Positions 60,953 through 64,000 of a stretch of 64,000 bases of DNA are shown here, piece after piece. Source of the stretch: Klebsormidium nitens (lineage: Eukaryota; Plantae; Klebsormidiophyceae). The stretch covers positions 124,001-188,000 of the forward strand of contig DF237053.1 in assembly GCA_000708835.1 (NCBI GenBank), written 5' to 3'. Numbering within the stretch: the first letter of the stretch is position 1; the number at the start of each line of letters is the position of its first letter. Below the pieces are notes generated by a model that made no database searches, had not been told where the DNA came from, and saw only the letters and a program-made list of their open reading frames with translations. A program made the position numbers and the translations under genes.

Positions 60953-62591
60953 GCACGTGATTCTGCCGACGTCGTACGTGAAGGAGCTGCCGAAGAACCG
61001 GCTGCTGAGCGAGGACGAGTGGCGGGCGCTCGGGGTGCAGCAGTCGCGCGGGTGGGAGCACTACGCAGTACACAGGTGAAATACTGCTTCACGCCTTCAA
61101 CTTTTCTGTTCATTTCTAACTGGTTTTTAAGCCGTCAATCTTTCTGTTCGTTTCTTCTGATTATCTGTTCTACCCTCCTAACCTACTTCTGGATCCTGCT
61201 AACCTTTGTCTGGGTCGTTCTAATCTCTGCTAGAGTCTCCTAATCCGATTTATAGATACCCTAACAGTTTTCTCGACCACCTGACCCCTTTTTGGACTCT
61301 CTTGACTCTTTACTCGAATCTCCTAACCTTGTCCTCTAATCCTCCTAATCCACCTCTAGACACCTCCTAACCTTCGACTGGACCCTCCTAACTTCTGTAT
61401 CCTCCTGTTCTCTTTTTGGACCTTGGTCAGGTTTCTGAATCATCTTACCCTTTTTTTCTTCCTCTTCTCTTCCTCTTTTTCGGATGTAGAGAGTTCAGTG
61501 CATGCGACATCCTTGCTAGACTTGCTCGCTTCGGTGTTGCTTTCGTTTCAGTACTTCTTTCGGCATTCTTATTTCCCCCCGGGTTTTGGACACGGCAGTG
61601 GGGACAAGTTGCGTGGGCAGAGTACCACACCCCTGCAGTATTTCCTCTTTCTCCCGGATCTTTGTTCCCTGCTTTGCTTTGTCGTTGCACGCCTTCCTTG
61701 GCTTTGTTCTTCTCCTCTCCTCTTGTCGTTGCAGTCTTTTCTTCCCTCTGCTTTTCCGGTCTTCACTCCGTATAGTCTTTTTGGGGCCTATCCTTATGGC
61801 CAGTCAATCTTCTTTGCTTCAGCGAAAAGAGTCCTGTCGTGTTCTTGGGGATGCGCTTTTATTTGCGACTGGTTGATCAGCAGTCCAGCGTCAGTGAGGG
61901 CGTCTGCATCTGCAGGAGCCGCAGTGCGCAACATTATTCAGTTGGGTGCTGTAGTAGATCGAGACAGGTTGACCCACTGAAAGCCTTGGCCAACGGTCCA
62001 GCATGGTCTCTTAGCGTCCGAATGAAATCACGTTGTGCTGGTTGAAAACCAAGCATTTGCAAGGTTTCGAAATGATTGCGTAGTGAGTTATCCTCGTGAT
62101 TTACGTCGCAAAACGCTGTAAACGAACATAATACGTGGTTGTAAGGGACTTTAGAAGGGAAAAGCGACAGCCTATGCAACGAACAAAACAGGTCATTTGG
62201 TACTTCTTCCGTGTCCTTCCGAAGAGGCATTTCATGTTGCTGAAAAAGGTGTCTCGTAGGAGGTTTCCGAAGTCGCAGCCTGACTCCAAATCAGACCCGT
62301 GGTCGGCTCACAGTGCATACCTAGCACGAATTTGCGTTGATTGGGTTAAGGTGTCGATCGTCCGTACTCTGGTCTTCATAGCAACCTCCGAGTCCGCTCT
62401 TAACGCAACTTCGTTCCGTTCACAGGCCGGAACCCCACGTGCTGCTCTTCCGGCGACCACTAGGCTACGGCACGGCAGCCCAAGTCATGCAAGGTACAAC
62501 GAACGACGCATCCGGTCGACGTGCGCAGCCCCGCCAAAGCCAAAACGAGCTGCAAGAACATACGGACACGTCATTTACTGGTGAAAGCTAG
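60953..62591 (+). CDS. CKS1: Cyclin-dependent kinase regulatory subunit CKS (first exon not located)
   Basis: Exon 60953-61075 [42 protein letters not shown] joins exon 62426-62591 [12 protein letters not shown]...*. Confidence 0.93.
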
Positions 62592-64000
62592 AAAGGACTC
62601 GATGCTGGTGAGTAGCTAGAGAAGAAGAGAAGGATTGCTCTTTCTCTTGTAAGCGTGCTGCTCGGATTACTGACAGGGACTGCAGTTGTACATACACGGT
62701 TAGGCAGCCTAGCGAGTCAGTTGCGCAAGGTGATTTCTAAGTGGCGCCCGGCCTAATCGGATCCTAGTAGTAAGAACCTTGACATAACATGTAGAGCTTG
62801 ACAATGCACAAAAGCGTCCACCGTTAGGTACATAGTGGGCATACATGGTCACTTGAGGCCATTCACTTTCCCATTAAAGTCAGCCGTACACCTCAGAAAG
62901 AAAGCAAACGGGTAATAACACGAGCACTCGACCATCAGAATGGCTTAACAGCGCGTGCCTGACATTTTCGCAATAAAATGTACAACTGTTGGGTCAAGAA
63001 GTTAATTACAAAGAATGATCCACGAGGTTTGCTACGCACTGCTTTGAAAGCAATCGAAAATCTTCCTAACGGTAAGTTCCAAGAAATGCACCGTCCTTTC
63101 CAAACTGACGAGTGTGTCTTCATAGGCATTGCAACGTCCCCTATGGTCACCGCACTCTTTTCATGCACCTAAAGCAAGCATGGTGGACACAATGCTAAAA
63201 CCTATCGTAGAACGAAACTGACTGGGCTAGAATATGTGGCCCATACGCGCTCTCGATTCCCTCTCGATTATGCTAAGTAAGGCGTGGCACGAGCTTCTTA
63301 GAGGAGAGTCGGGGTATAGTATCACAGGATCCGACACATATTGGCCTTTGCTATGCATCATCGATCGGATTTGAAATACTGGCGTGCGGCATGCACAAAA
63401 TCATGGCGGGAAGAATGTAAAGCATATACTAGCAGTGTGCCAATACTCAATTGCGGCTGCCGGAGCTAACTAATCGACTTGGAGTTTGTTTTAGCAGCGT
63501 AGCGTTGACGTTAAGGAAACGCTCTTCACAGTTGAGCACCTTGACTCCTGAGCGCTTGCTTTAGGGCTACGGCAAGCCGCTCTGCTGAGCCGCTTGATAT
63601 TGATATTGAGAGCTAGTTATAGGTAGTCCAGCTGGTCCTGTGCAGCATGTGTGATTCTGCTAGTCGCACAAATTATCATGCCTCAGTTCCCCAATATGTG
63701 AAAAGTCTCGATGGTCACTTCGTATGAACGCGTGCACACCCCTCAGTGCACACCCAGATGCATACCTATATACCGGGTATATACCTAGCGCATAAAACAT
63801 CAGAACAACGTTCAAGTTCGTAGTACCCAACTACCCCTTCGATAAGGGGGTGATGTATAATTTGTCGTTGGAATGTGCAAGTTGGGGTTAGATCGTCGAT
63901 AACGCTCGCGAGGAAGACGATACACCGTTGGCCATGAGTTACCTTACGTTCCGAACCCGTCGACTGCCAAGGCCGGACCGTGATCGGTACCAAGGTATCC

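Noticed and set aside
61170-61400. ctcctaac motifs as interstitial telomere repeats
   Set aside because: Scattered and degenerate within a pyrimidine-rich intron; not a tandem telomeric array.
62745-62757. tggcgccc as an LTR primer-binding site
   Set aside because: The match is too short, and no LTR pair or retroelement ORF was seen.

Overview
Eukaryotic nuclear DNA from an intron-rich, roughly 50% GC green-lineage genome. The gene content (plastid-type MurA, CCS1, a bacterial-type PAL, proteins resembling land-plant families) suggests a streptophyte alga such as Klebsormidium; this is inference. I spliced GT-AG exons by eye and support 12 genes: BTB-BACK (-, partial), shugoshin (+), CCS1 (-), a coiled-coil tail-anchored protein (+), a conserved plant membrane protein (-), NOB1 (+), a cyanobacterial-type MIO ammonia-lyase (+), a Cys-rich/Pro-rich 4-TM protein (-), MurA (+), a PPIL1-type cyclophilin (-), a chloroplast multi-TM protein (+) and CKS1 (+, first exon not found). 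There is also a TA-flanked foldback/MITE, several minisatellites and a near-perfect palindrome. Two observations stand out. (1) In five genes, degenerate copies of exon ends with their splice site ('exon echoes') sit in the adjoining intron or upstream flank: 5'-end copies upstream and 3'-end copies downstream of the intact exon. (2) The PAL-like enzyme has Gly at the Phe/His substrate-switch position, an in-frame TAA at a conserved Tyr position, and a splice junction that is one base out of frame. All alignments are from memory of the protein families; no searches were run.
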